A stretch of 64,000 nt of DNA from Eledone cirrhosa (lineage: Eukaryota): positions 37,510,001 to 37,574,000 of the forward strand of contig OZ024745.1 of the NCBI GenBank assembly GCA_964016885.1, read 5' to 3'. Positions 43,698-58,437 of the stretch are shown here, in pieces. The position numbers and the translations under genes were made by a program. The notes beneath the pieces were generated by a model that saw only the letters and a list, made by a program, of their open reading frames with translations, searched no databases and was not told where the DNA came from. Within the stretch, counting starts at the first letter, position 1. Every line of letters begins with the position of its first letter.

Positions 43698-43870
43698 TCG
43701 GCTAAGCTGTTCTGCAAGATAACGGGTCACATGTGGCGGACAGAGATACATCTACCAGATATGATGGTTAATTGCGACATAATCGGACTTCAACCGAAAG
43801 AATAAGCAACCACGGGCCAACAGCAGTAATTGGTGTAGTAATGTGCAGCTTCAGCAAAAGTGAGGTATGT

Positions 43871-44083
43871 GTAAAAGTCAATCTCGCTTTCCTCATTTCG
43901 GTATTCGTGCCAACCCTAACACATGATCATGAATCTTGAGCAATGACTGAAAGAATACGATCGGTAATACGAGCGGCCGAACTGGGTTTTCCTCGAAGGG
44001 TCTTTGGAATAACGTTACTAGATACGGTGCGTCGCTCGGATATCAGATTGTCGCTTCATTCAGAGCCGCCACTTCTCCGAATT
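43871..44083 (+). pseudogene. RTE-clade LINE (Expander/Rex3-like) ORF C-terminal fragment
   Basis: Translates VFVPTLTHDHES*AMTERIRSVIRAAELGFPRRVFGITLLDTVRRSDIR...EPPLLRI, matching the recalled Rex3 pattern YVPTLTYGHELWVMTERTRSRIQAAEMSFLRRVAG...EPLLLRI. Contains an internal stop. Confidence 0.8.
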
Positions 44084-46192
44084 TGACATATTTATGGGCA
44101 AAACGGACAGGAGACTCGTAAAGTAAAGCTAAACTCGGCGGGATTTGAACTTAGAACCTAAAGGGCTGTAAATATATGCCACAAAGCATGTTATTCGACG
44201 CACTACCGATTTTGCTGATCAACGTTCGATATTATAGCCAGTGTTTTTGACGACACAGGTCCACTAATGCTTATACATAGTTGAATGATATATTTAAAAA
44301 AAGACGCAAAAGAAGCACAATTAGAATAAGGTACTCAATATATTAAGTAGAGAGTGTACGTTATTTTATTGAAAGGCGACACTTATTGGTCTAGTTTTGT
44401 TATAATCTGGGTAACGAAAATCTAGGTTTCAAAGCATTTGCCCATAATTATTCTCTTTCTCACTAATTTTAAAGAAATGTTCACATATGCAGAACAGCTG
44501 ACCTCTTAAACTGCACACATCCCTTTCTCTCTTTTGTTCTAATCAATTGCACCAGACATTTTATTTTGCATCTGATGGAGACTTAGATGGGATTGTTCCA
44601 CCAATAGGCCTTGTGTTGAAATGTACGTATATACTCAACATGAGAAATATATTCTATATTTATCCCGAGGCAATCATTCATACAGATGGCATTGTATATT
44701 ATTTTAGCAACAACATCATGCCGCGTTGGAATGTAGTATCGTAATGACATTTTTAAGGCAACTGCTAATCATATGTATGCTATCTTCCACAGAAATGTGC
44801 CATAATCGACATTTTAAAGTAGCTGATTTTCAAGTGTTTCACTCCCTCTTTTTTTGTTGAATATGTGTTTTCTAGCTATTTTTTGCTCTTGTATTACAAA
44901 AGCACCGTCTTAAAAATGTGAGATGATGTAAGAGACAAGAGTCCCAAAGAGACTACACTTCCTTGCGATATTAGCATCATCTCCAGGTTCACAGAAACAA
45001 AGTTTAATGCTTAACCTTCTTTTTTGGTATGAAAAACGCTTATCCTCAATGTATTTCTTGGTGCACTAGTAGGTCTATTGTCGCATATTACGTCATTGAT
45101 AACCGAGTACTTCTTGAGAGGTTCACTCCCAATTCATAGTTTTCAGAACTCAAGCAAAGTATTTGTTTTTGCTGCTGTTATTTAGTAGATGCTGTTATAG
45201 GAATATGATACGATATTGAAAGGTTGTCTGGACTAACACAACCCTCTTCTCAGTCTTTACGTGAGATAGAACCTATATATACCATTATTTCTATGGAAAC
45301 ACCAGAATATTCTCAGAGTTTTGTAGATTTTTATATTGAGGGAGTGGATTTTCTTCTCTAGATCAGTCCGAAATATTGATACCAGTACACGCATTGTAAA
45401 TGCATTTCGTGGTATTGACTTGCTATAATGATATTCTTTGTTCAATCTACCTTTATCAGAGCAACTTTGTATGATGTATTTTCGTTTATAACTTGACGTT
45501 TGTGGTGCACAATGTGTGGCACTTGGATGAACATTCATAGACGTAAATGTTTTTGGTTAGCAGGACAGCTTTTTAACACATTTTACTATTAAATGTAAAT
45601 ATTTCCTTTTCTCCACATTCCATGATTGTATCACCTGAAAAAATCCGTTATTAAATTCGCTTGTCTCTTGGCGTTGTCAAGATCGTCCACATTGAAATTA
45701 TACATTATATTTGTTTCTCTTAGTATTGTAGACCAGATCACATAGCCTCTGGAATTGTAAAAAGGTAAACTGACTGGCATCATACAAATCTAATCGTGGC
45801 ATAGTGAAAATTTGTAAAACATTACAAATATTCTCCATTTCAGTTTCCAGAAATGGATATATACACAAAATCACCTGTGGGTATATGACATAAACATGTA
45901 CACATTTTAACAGCAATCAAAGACGTTTGTAAACTAATATCACATATACACCTATTTCATGAGAGCAAATATATACATTAAAACATCTACATATATGTAC
46001 ACACTAACTTACCGACATATTCACAAATCCCTGGAACTGTCTTGATGCAAACAAAATACCCTTATCGCTTTGTTATTGTCCGGCTTAAATGTTGTGAAGA
46101 ACTAACATAAACTTAAAGAGAAGAAATACATACATATATAAATACATACTCACACGTACATTATATACACACACGTGCACGCACACACACGC

Positions 46193-46225
<33 letters not shown>

Positions 46226-46265
46226 AATGGAAAAAATGAAATTTCATTTCTCACTTTTAGTACGG

Positions 46266-46371
<106 letters not shown>

Positions 46372-46888
46372 CGTTTAGTTTTGGGGAAGGAAAATAACAA
46401 AAAAAATCTCTAAGACTAACAACAGTTTTTATCTTGTAGCTCAAAGATTCGATAAACACATTAACAAAAAACAGTTAACTGCACCAGAGGCTATTTTTGG
46501 TATTTACGGCTATAAAATGTAAATGGAGAAAGGGTGAAGGTTAAGAGAAAAATCTGTTGCCTCCTTATCAAGTAACTCTGGTGAATACATACAGTCTTTA
46601 GTGATAAAATACCGACAGACACACCGTTGAAACAATATGTTAGACATTTATTTCTTAATAGCGCTTTCTCACTATCAGTGCCTAATGGAAGTGATGATAA
46701 CTCTTAAGACAACACAGCTATGTCATCTGTAACTAATATGTCAGCGGTGTCAACAACTACCATCGAATCTTTTGATCGGTAATGTTTTCCAACCTTTTAA
46801 AAATGGTGACACACATTTGTTTCATTCACTAAAACATGAAACGACACACCATAAATATATGTGTATATCTATATATACACACACACAC

Positions 46889-46955
<67 letters not shown>

Positions 46956-46960
46956 TATAT

Positions 46961-47430
46961 ATATAAGAAAGTAAGTCCATAGAATCATTAGATAAAATAT
47001 ATACAGTATTTCTGATAGCCTGTAAAAATTGACTAGACATACAGTTAACCATATATAATTAGGTACAAAATCAAAGTTAGAAGAAAAAGTGTACATAAAC
47101 ATACCAAAATCATCAAATATATCTCTACCCCCTGGGGTTTCATTCGCTTTTTGGAAATATCCGATCTTGGATAAATCAACGAGTTTCGAAATCATCAGGA
47201 GACAAACTCAATTGGATAAAGATTTTTCTTAAATGATCCCCGCCAGAAACAAATTCAAAATGGTTAAGAATTGTCACGTGGCTAGTGGTCAAGTCAGAAA
47301 GCTTGTGATTGGTGCCTGTCGGCGAGTAGTCTGGTTGCTAGAAAGCGCAGCCGAATACTGCCTAAAGCTTTACTCAACCTTACGGGAGTATATAAAATTT
47401 AGAAGTTTACATACACATAAACTAGACAGA

Positions 47431-47492
<62 letters not shown>

Positions 47493-48081
47493 GCAACCAT
47501 TCACGGTGCGGCTCAATGAGGAATTAATTAATTAAATAATCAACAATCACAAGCTTTCTGACTTGACCACTAGCCACGTGACAATTCTTAACCATTTTGA
47601 ATTCGTTTCTGGCGGGGATCATTTAAGAAAAATCTTTGTCCAATTGAGTTTGTCTCTTGATGATTTCGAAACTCGTTGATTTATCCAAGATCGGATATTT
47701 CCAAAAAGCGAATGAAACCTGAGGGGGTAGAGGTATATTTGATGATTTTGGTATGTTTTTCTTCTAACTTTGATTTTGTACCTAATTATGTATGGTTAAC
47801 TGTATGTCTAGTCAATTTCTACAGGCTATCAGAAATACTAGGCTGTGAATCTCAGATAAAAAGCTATCATTTATTTATCTATTATTTCTTCATGGGTATA
47901 TTTTAAACTTATAGCCTCGTTTAAATGATTTTTTGTATGGTTGATTATGGTGATTGGGAGAAGAAATACTGTATATATTTTATCTAATGATTCTATGGAC
48001 TTACTTTCTTATATATTGCTCTGATTGTTGATTATTTAATTACTTAATGCGTCATTGAGCCACACCGTGAATGGTGCCAAA

Positions 48082-48085
<4 letters not shown>
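46961..48085. mobile_element. Repeat family 'b' inverted dimer flanked by (TA)n
   Basis: 47005-47311 is inverted at 47544-47839, 46961-47011 at ~47962-48015, and 47487-47549 at 48022-48085. Confidence 0.75.
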
Positions 48086-48143
<58 letters not shown>

Positions 48144-48266
48144 GATACATACATATATATATTTATATAAGTGTCGGATGGTAGCTAAGATGCTTCCATA
48201 TGCGGTATGCCGGTTGAGCACTTTATGCTCTTGCAGAGCAGAGTATGATATAATATAAAACGAAAA

Positions 48267-48496
48267 ATCAGTGAAGCATCTGAACTCAATTTATTGTGTG
48301 TTACAATTGTTTCTCCGGCGGTCATCTCGAGACGCGATCATTGTCTCGTGAGAGAATATGCTCCGAAATTATTAGACGTGTCCGTCAAACCTGCGGATCC
48401 AGAATCAGACAGATCCACACAATGATTGCGTCTCGAAATGTCCGCCGGCGAAACAATTGTAACACACAATAAATTGAGTTCAGATGCATCACTGAT
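48267..48496. mobile_element. Inverted repeat element (~76-bp arms) carrying a hammerhead 3' half (GAAAC-AATT-GTA)
   Basis: 48267-48342 / 48420-48496. Palindromic helix III ACAATTGT with a GUA triplet on each arm; no intact CUGANGA. Confidence 0.55.
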
Positions 48497-48561
48497 CTTT
48501 CCTTTTATATTATATATATTTATATATATATATACATACATATATATATATATATATACAT

Positions 48562-48724
<163 letters not shown>

Positions 48725-48816
48725 AAGTAATTCCGTCGGAAAGGTCCAGGAAAAAAGAGTGCTCTATGTAGGTTACAGAGCTTATTAGTTATGTAATAAA
48801 CAACATAAGATAATTA

Positions 48817-48877
48817 TTTCATTTACCAGTGGTTTCTTGAAAGCAAACAAATTTTTCTTTCAGTCATTAGAATGAAA
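48817..48877 (-). ncRNA. Inverted copy of the 48.9-kb hammerhead, core mutated (CTAATGA, G5A)
   Basis: Reverse-complement arm of an inverted repeat 48790-48880 / 48898-48988. Confidence 0.65.
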
Positions 48878-48900
48878 AAATGAAAAATACACCAGGATTT

Positions 48901-48961
48901 TTTCATTCTGATGAGTGAAAGCAAATTTTGTTTGCTTTCAAGAAACCACTGGTAAATGAAA
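48901..48961 (+). ncRNA. Type I hammerhead ribozyme, complete core
   Basis: Helix I TTTCATT/AATGAAA. CTGATGA 48908-48914. Helix II TGAAAGCAAA/TTTGCTTTCA (first pair is a G.A mismatch). GAAA 48942-48945. Helix III ACC-act-GGT. GUA triplet with cleavage after 48954. Confidence 0.78.
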
Positions 48962-48985
48962 TAATTATCTTATGTTGTTTATTAC

Positions 48986-49056
<71 letters not shown>

Positions 49057-49839
49057 GATTAGCACTTGGCCGAGCGAAGCAATATTTTCCTTGATCCGAT
49101 CTGACGATCGGCTCGTTTCCTTTCTCCTGTGAAATATAATAATTGTCGTTAGATTAAAAGTATTCTTGGTTATGTGTATGCTGAAAATAGGTAAAAACAA
49201 TGTTTGGTTTAATCTACAAATGTGAAAAATATGAGACAAAATATTCTGCTCTTGAATAATCTCGTCACTAAAGAACTATGCAATTTGTACGGGGAAACTT
49301 TCAATATCAACCTGTGTTGGTTACAGCGAACTGAATTGAATATTTCATGCTCTGCATTATGCTTCATATTTCGTTCGTCACTATCAACGTATATGCGCCG
49401 TTGACTTATCTATCTGATTGAACGTTGTAAGCGAGTATAAATCAACTCAAGGACCTAGTGGAGAATCATGCAAATATACATATGTCGAAAAGACATTGCT
49501 ATTGTAACTAGAGAGTTTTACACTAAACGACTTACGAGAAGACCGAAAGTGTATTTAGAAGAATGAAGCGAAAGACTTGTTTCTTTAATAAAGACGTGTA
49601 ATTCACTAACAGATAATAAATTCGGCTTTAAAATCGATAGAAGCAATTCGTACAATTAAGATATGGAAAATTTCCAAGAGGACCTTATGAAATTTATCAA
49701 AATTCAATAATTGCAGCAATTACTTCTGAAATGATTTAATGTATATATTTGAAACCCCTTTCAAAATACTTGTAAAATATTTGTTCAGATAGCTTAATAG
49801 TAATCAGCACAATAGATTACTGTTAGATGATGTAAATGA

Positions 49840-50234
49840 CCTCCGTCGGTTCCGACGACGAGTGGTTCACTTGTTTTAAACGTCCTAACAGCCTATACGT
49901 GAAATTACAGTAAAAGTGAATGAGAATTCTACTGACTTGTATACCTTTAACGTAGGTATCGTGGAGAGTCAGCCTTACACAGTGTATTACAAGGTTAACC
50001 CTTTGAATTACAGATACACGCCCTTTTCTCCGGCACAGTGAGTTGAATCAATGTGGGACAAAATATCTTTCTTAAGGACGTGCCGGCGGGAATCGAATTC
50101 TTGATCTTACAATTGTGAGCCGAACACACTAACCAACAAGACAAACGTCTTCATGTAATGTAATTGTATGTGATATATGTACTTGTAACTATTTCTTGAT
50201 CACCTTTCCAGGTCTGAACACAACCAATTTCTTC

Positions 50235-50306
<72 letters not shown>

Positions 50307-51918
50307 TATAGGTGGCGAGAAAGACATATTAAGGAAAACTAACCCGAGTACTGGACTTCTACTTTTATATGGATCTCGGAACGATGAAAGGCAAAGTTGA
50401 CCTCAGTGGGATTTGAACTCAGATTTCAAAGGAGTGGCAGGAATACTGTAAATCATTCTATTCGACGTCCTAACAACTCTACCAATTCACCATTTATATA
50501 ATGTAATTAATACTTCAAAAAATATCAAGCCTAAAAATCAGTTAACGGATCTTCGAGGACATTCTTTCAAAAGTTCAGCCTTGAATTATTCCACCACCAT
50601 ATCCATTAATCTATAAATATCATTAATTGTAATTTGACATACTCATGTTATTAAGTCTTGTAACCCTAACACCAAACAACTCTCATGAGTACATTCACAC
50701 ATGTTGACAGGCATATGACGTCATATAAACGAACATGATTGGGCGTAGAGCAATATTTATGAGATTCTGATAGCCATCTTAGTTTTCTCAATTCTATCTG
50801 CTGAAATTATTTACATTTTTTTAATATACGAATTAACGCTCAACATGCTGTAATGAAGGCGCGTGGCTAAGTGCTTAGGGAATTGGATTCGCAATTATGA
50901 GGTTGTGAGTTCGATTCTTGGACCGGGCGATGCGTTGTGTCCTTGGGCAAGACACTTTATTTCACGTTGCTCCTTCTACCTGGAGTTGCGACCGATAGAT
51001 AGTATTAGCAATTGGAAAGACCAACGGAAACATTGTTTCCTCAGTCTAATTTGACGAAAGTCAATCGAAAAGAAGATGCTGTAATGATTTAGCGGAAAAA
51101 ATCTAAGAACGGATTTGTACATTCAAATGTTTATTGTATCTTTACTAGTATATTGGTCGTTATAAAAGTTTGTAGTATTAAAGTAAATACATTAATTCTT
51201 AATGTAATGCAGTGATAGTATTGTTTTGTTCTTTTAAAGAACATCTTGCCGATGTTTCTTGTGGTACAGGACGTTAAGAATTTAAAAAGCGTTGTTTTAA
51301 AATTCCGATCGAAATATAATTTATAAAAAAAAAACAGCTTCATTATGAACGGCATCACTATAAAATTACGTTGCTTGATAACTAAAATAACAGAGAAAGC
51401 TTGTATGTAGTTTAAATAAAGAAGTACTGATTGAATAATGTATTCCTAGATACACAAGGTCTGAAGATAAGGTTAAACGTCTTCAATCACAGTAGAGTGA
51501 AGAAGAAGAAGAAGAAGAAGAAGAATTGAATTGAATTGAATTGAATTGAATTGAATTGAATTGAATTGAATTAAAGTGCAAGTGCCTAAGCCTTCTACAG
51601 ACACGTGTATCCTTAGCTTAATTCTCATGGAGACTCAATATGATATAATGTGAGACAAAGATGTCCCTTTGAATTATAAGTACTATCCATCCGACAGGCT
51701 TCCACACAGTTTCGGTCTACCCGATTTAAATCGCAATGCTTAGGTCGACCCGAGGCTATGTATGATACTTGCCCATAGATGTACAAAGAGACACCGAACC
51801 CAAGACTTAATGATTGTGATGAGAGCTTCTTACCCATTCGGTCATCTTGTGATCGAAAACATTTACTACATTTAAGTGGATTCAACAGTTAGAAACAACT
51901 CTTAATAGATATTGTGTG

Positions 51919-51966
<48 letters not shown>

Positions 51967-52200
51967 TATGTGTGTGTGATGAAAACGTTCCAGTTATTCG
52001 AACAACGGTACAACCTTCACGTGAAATTAAGATGTAAGTGATTGAGCATTCCATAAATATGTGTATCTTTAACTCAGTTCTGATGTCGAATTTGTGTGAC
52101 ACAGTGTGTGCGAAGCCTCACTCATTGAATTACAGGTACAACTTATTTTCCACAGCTGTACTGAAGCAACGTGAAATATAATATCTTTCTCAATGACACA
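49840..52200. mobile_element. Region of several old SINEs (49840-50155 -, 50340-50492 -, 50857-50975 +, 51570-51845 -, 51985-52190 -)
   Basis: tRNA-like head ggcgcgtggctaagtg...gagttcgattc followed by CORE-like ccttgggcaagacact at 50857-50975. The shared central domain appears in the other copies. Confidence 0.55.
51499..51572. repeat. (GAA)n followed by (GAATT)x10
   Basis: Read directly. It lies at the tail end of a minus-strand SINE. Confidence 0.9.
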
Positions 52201-53239
52201 CTGATGAAAAATGAATTTTTCACAAAAACTGTCACCAACCTTCTTACTACATCCTATGTCACAACTGATCAAATAGTATAAACCCTACAGGATACACACA
52301 CACACACACACACACACACACCAGTAATACTCTAGTAACTTTCAATTGTCCACACAAAATAATAAACGTTACTCCTCTACACATGTTCCTTAAAATCTCG
52401 ACACAATTATAGTAAGCATAGCCCCTTCTATACACACGCACACACAAACAAATACACACCTCAGACATCAACAGAAATCAACAAACACTAACCAGGCATA
52501 TTCTAAGCTCTCTGGCCAAACTCAGAACCAACTACTTACTATTCCCCACCCCAGATATCAACACAAGCTAACAAACACTAACCAGGCACACTCTAATCAC
52601 AACCCACTACATTCCTTTACTTCCTCTTCCTTTTCCTTGCACTCTGCCCCTGATTTTTAACAGTGCTCCTTCAGGTTTAGAAAATAGAGTTTATAAAAAA
52701 CGTCCTGAAATACGTTCCTTGAAGTCTTGACATTATTAACTTTTCTTCTCAAAAATAAAATAAAAAATAAAATTTACATAAACAAACGAAGATTTTAACC
52801 AAAGATGCTGGTAATAAAAGTTCCCTTAGAATATCCCCCAGAATATTTTGTATCACCCCCGAGCACCAAAACCTAGCGACGGGCCTCATCTCCTACTTAT
52901 TTATACCATATAAATTCAAACAGACATTAGGCAACTTTACCTACTACATAAGATACGCCTTTTTTTCTTTTATACAATACAGATAAACACCTATCCGTGT
53001 ACATCCTGTAATCTTGCGCCTTGTGAGATGTGACTAAAATATACGGCCTCTATGAAGGGAATCCGACCGTAAAACATTGCTACTAAACGCACTCATAAGG
53101 AACATGAAACCTTAAAGCAGTTATTACTGCTACTGCACATGCCTTCTCAAATTGATCTACATTTTTTTAATAAGATATCTCAATAGATATCCTATGTAAA
53201 ATGAGGCTCTAGATGTGGGTAGCAGAGGGTATCCCTGAT

Positions 53240-53488
53240 CATTTTTGTTACTATATTTACAATGAATTACATATCCAATATGTTTCAATAAATTTTGAAA
53301 ATAATCAAAATCTTGGGTGAATATAGGAAAGCAACTTTTTCATCATTAAGCTGATGTTTATAACATTACTTGATGAAAATATCAAATTACGCTGGAAGTG
53401 TTTAATATAAATATGATCACTTTAAAACGGTCAGTTTTGTATCATGGTATCAGAGGCAATTTAGGTGAGATGGTATCAAAAAGGTTGA
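53240..53488 (+). mobile_element. Decayed non-autonomous DNA transposon (TTAACCC...GGGTTAA, piggyBac-like termini)
   Basis: Starts tttgttactatattt and ends ggtatcaaaaaggttga. Related copies lie at ~35420-35664 (-) and ~58480-58941 (+). Confidence 0.45.
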
Positions 53489-55163
53489 AGGTAACAACAA
53501 CAATAACAAAAACAACACAACAATTGTGGATATAAAATACACAAAATCCGTAAATAAACATGCACTAAAAAAAAATGATTTCTGTGAGGAGGGAAAAATT
53601 CAACGCGTCGACCACTTGTCTTCCGCGTGAGGTAAATATTGAGTATTAGAATTTCCACCTCACACACCAATTTAACTTATTTGAGGAGTGTGATGGAGGG
53701 CTTTTATAGATTAACTTTTGCCGACACAGATCAATGCGACTTTTCTAGGATTCCAGATCTTAAACGAAAATACAATTGTATTGAAGTAATGAACAAAATC
53801 ATAATTTTTACAAGGAAAGGAAACCAATCATCATATTGGAGCATGGTAATTATATTTCCATTGGTCTTTTCATTGCAACCTGTCGCAATTCCTTTCAGGA
53901 GTCACAATTTGAGCTAAGAAAATACAGAGCCCGAGTGGATACCGCAAATCATCCCGTCTAACTCTTCAACAATTCTGCTAATCCACCGACGTTAGACTGG
54001 TGCTTTCTTTATCGACTGCGAAAGCATGAAAGTTAACCTCCGCGGGATTTGAATTTGGCTCTCAATTCCTGCACCAGATCACCTTATGGAAACTAGTGCA
54101 ACCAATGACCTTACTGACAACGAGGAATTAGAGGCACAGTATTATTATCAGTGCATTATTGTTAATGATGTAGTACGGATTCACATTCTGCCTGAAACAA
54201 CTGTCCAGGGAAAGAACGTTGGTGAAGATTCCATGAACATTTATTCCCCAAATTACTAGACCATTCGAGGGTGTAGTCTTTACAATTTATGTATATAATA
54301 TTATATAAACAGTGATGGATATTAAACTTTCTCTGGCGATATTATCTCTGATGTTAAAGAGATTTACGCTGCTATTATTAATACAGCACCTTATAGGGAC
54401 AAAATAATTGTAAGTAGAATTGCAGATCTTCATCTGAAAACAAATGACAGTAAATATGCTCAAACCATGAACTCTATAGCCATTTGAATATTGTCACATT
54501 CTTCGAAACCAGTTGCTCATACCTCCGTCTATCCTAGGGGTTATATGCCCCCTATTACGCCGATCATCGTCCAGCGGGGATGAATTTCTAATTCAGGCCC
54601 TTACGTTTAATGCAATAAGCCCCCCCACCTTACAAATATACTTTTGCATCAATTTGAAATGATTCTTTGCCAAGGCACCCCACTAGTGTATTTAACTGTT
54701 TTAAACTGAAGTTGTTCAGGTTCACTGATTTAGCAAACAGGTTTAGTACTTTGACTCGTCAGGTTTAGCATTTTAAGTTACGTAACAGCTGTTTACACTG
54801 TTAATCAGCCATGACTGTTTCTAACAAAAATATTCAGCCTCATTAAATGACTGAAACTGGTCAATGTTCTGCCTATCTACCTATCTATCAACCTGTCTAT
54901 CTATTTAAGTATTTTTTCTTTTTTCTCTCTCCGTTTCGTTCTCTTTCTTCGACATGCTCCTTCATTCTTCTACACATCTCATACACACCACGCATCTCAA
55001 CGTACACCCACTTACATCTCTCTCTCCACCACCGGATCTTGTTACCCGGAGATTTACCCATTTGCCTTGTCGAGGCTTCCAAACGACTTAAAGATATTTA
55101 CTTATTATTCCACAATGCTTCAAGCAAACTTCAATACTCTCTTATATATATATATATATATAT

Positions 55164-55515
<352 letters not shown>

Positions 55516-55517
55516 AT

Positions 55518-56221
55518 ATAAAGTTAGTCTTCATCAGTGATCTTCCAACCATCATTGGTATTTCATCGCTTTAAAGACCATATACCTCCGGTTGGTGCGA
55601 GCAACGGCTAAAAAAGTCGTTGGGGCACGTAAATAAAGGGGACACGAGAGTGTACACAAACAAAGATGGTGAAGCAACGAAAAGTGAGGAAGAAGGAGTC
55701 AAGTCCCAAATTTCCATGAATATAAGTTCGGTGAAATCGTGAACGAGAGAGAATAAAGACCATCAAACCTGGTTGGAATGTGAGCAAGGAAGGAATTCCG
55801 TACAGGTCTAACGGGAGGAAGAAGGGATCTAGTCTGTAAATTCGGTGAACGTAAGTTCTGTGAAATCGTAGACGAGAGAGAGAAAAAAAGCGACCTGCCT
55901 GACCAAGGGTGCGAAAGAAAAGAATTACGCACAGGTCAAACGGGAAGAAGAAGGAGGAGGAGGAGGAGAGGTATAAAACAGAGAGTGAGTGAGTGAAGGG
56001 TGAGGAAGAGGCTAACAGAGAGAGAGTGACTGTTAGAGAGGGTAAAGATACAGAGAAAGAGGAAGCAGTAAGAACGAAATAGACGGGTCACAGCGGGGGG
56101 AAAAATATGTGTAAATATGAGAATAAACGTACTGCGTGGTTGCTAATGGGTTACATATGAATAAAGTTAGTCCTTCATCAGTGATTTTCCAACCATCATT
56201 GGTATTTCATTGCTTTAAAGA

Positions 56222-56228
<7 letters not shown>
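55518..56228. mobile_element. (TA)n-embedded element with ~67-bp terminal direct repeats
   Basis: 55518-55584 ~ 56161-56228, with an internal duplication ~55724-55825 / 55853-55955. Each terminal repeat has CTGATGA on the - strand. Confidence 0.55.
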
Positions 56229-56259
<31 letters not shown>

Positions 56260-57208
56260 GTTTATATTTTTGGCACAAGGCCAGAAATTATCCCAGTGCA
56301 TTACTGGTACTTTATTTTATCGACCCCGTAAGGATGAAAGGCAAAGTTAACCTCGGCGGGATTTGAACTCAGAATGGCAAAGGCCGTAACTCTATACGTT
56401 AAAGCATGGCGTCCGACCCTCTACCGATACTGCCAATCCAATTATACATATTTGTAGCCATTCACCCGCAAACACATATATACATAGATAACATACATAT
56501 ACATACATGGCTGTGCATGTATTTGCGTTGTAGTGTTTTATACTTGTTGTACAAATCATAAAACACCTGCAAAATTCTTGATATATTTGTTTTTCAAATG
56601 TTCACGTTCGTGGTAACTAAACTATCTATTATATTCAAATCATTCAAAATAGAATATATAGTCAACATTTAGAAAGAACTGCTTCTAGCATGAATATCTT
56701 AAAGTTTTACCCTCCATACTGCTAGTATTGTAATGCACACTTATATACATGTGTGCGTGATTGTGTTTGTATGTATTTGAAATGTGTGCGTATAACCATA
56801 ATGTAGTTGAGAAAATTGGATAAATCACCATTGGAAATGGAAAAATTCTTTGCAGAGATACTTGCGAGATATAAATATATATTTGGAGCGAACCACTATT
56901 ATTATTGTTATTTGCTTTGGAATACACACATTTCAAGTTTCGAATTTTCCTAATGCTTCTTAAATTCATTCTAGCTATAGAATTTATGGCAAGTGGTTCT
57001 TTAACGTAGTGTTTAACACACTCTCTTGGCAACTAAGAGATGTGGTGTTCGTTTCTTCGCTGAAGCCTGTGTCCACTGGTTTCCGTCACCAGCGGCGCTT
57101 CACCAGATTTTCTTAATTATTATTTGTATTGATCTACAATGGTTATGTTTATTTGCGGTGGAATGCACATATATGCACTAAACAGGCAATGAAAGTATAC
57201 GATAAATT

Positions 57209-57239
<31 letters not shown>

Positions 57240-57464
57240 ATGATGGCAGCCCTCTCGTTATCGAGTATGGCCTTTGCACGATATTCCATTATTAATAATT
57301 ATTAATTAATTCTATCGTGCAATGCCCGTGTGTGAAGATATTTTTTAAAGTGAGGAAAGACTGGGCACTGAGCCAATCCCACTCTCTGAGCGACAGTATC
57401 TATAACCCGAAAAGATCAACATCCTCGGTAACTACTGAGCTGCAGGTTTTATATCGGAGTCATC

Positions 57465-57517
<53 letters not shown>

Positions 57518-58043
57518 TATGTGTGTGTGTTCGTGTGTCAGTCTTTCTGGACCTCTCTAAATCATACCTACATTTTTTCACGTGTTGGAGTCTTTTGTTT
57601 ATTTATTTGATAATCACAAAAGAAAAAAAATATCATGGAAAGGATGGATTGGATAATCCGCAGAATACCATCAACACAAGACTGTAGAATATGATTGGCC
57701 ATGTGCTAATATACCCAGAAAATGACAAGTCGCAGACCCTTTCGTGTGGAAGCCAAAACCTGGTTGAGGTCTGTGGAAAAGAGCCTGATAGACATGGGAC
57801 TTGTTATTGATCGAATTGTTGCTGGGATTACATCCGTGATGTTTGAAGATTTCTTTTCGCCCAATATTCCATAGAAAGCACGTGTACCTATAGAAGAAAA
57901 GAAATAAGATCTTCTATAAATATTCGACAGAATTTAGATATTGAGAATCTTCAGGTAAAACTGTTTATAAAAGTTATTGTCTAGTGATAGTAAATCCTCA
58001 TTGACTTGTCTGTCTAAATTTTTGTTTTAATAATCTGTTATTA

Positions 58044-58437
58044 CTCCGCCAAGGGTGCGTACAGTCACCTATCATGTTAATTATTTTTAAGAACAGGATT
58101 GACATACGCAGTCGAGCTAGGAGTGGTATTACGAATGGTAAGTGTAGAATCCTTCGGCTGGAATTTGCAAACATACTATTACTCAACTCGAGTGCCGCTT
58201 GGCTGGAATGAAAATCATTGCTGCGAAAACTGAGACTCTCGTCCACTCACGAAAGCCTGCGCAGTAAATTCTACATCTGAGTGGATTTCCACTGAAGCAG
58301 GTGGAGGATTTCAAGTATCTCAGTGCTTTGTGCACGAGTGATGGGAGATAGGAGGCTGAATTAAGTGCAAGAATTGTAGGAGCTGCTGCTGTAATCTGCC
58401 AACCTCAGCATTCGGTAATCAGAAGAAGGGAGGTAGC
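58044..58437 (+). pseudogene. RTE-clade LINE reverse transcriptase fragment
   Basis: LRQGCVQSPIMLIIF...RLEFANIL (degenerate QG..SP and FADD motifs), then after a deletion ECRLAGMKI..KTE...QVEDFKYLSAL..SDGR*EAELSARI. Stops present. Confidence 0.8.

Noticed and set aside
50857-50930. tRNA-like sequence with A and B boxes
   Set aside because: There is no proper acceptor stem, and it continues into a SINE CORE-like body. It is a SINE head, not a tRNA gene.
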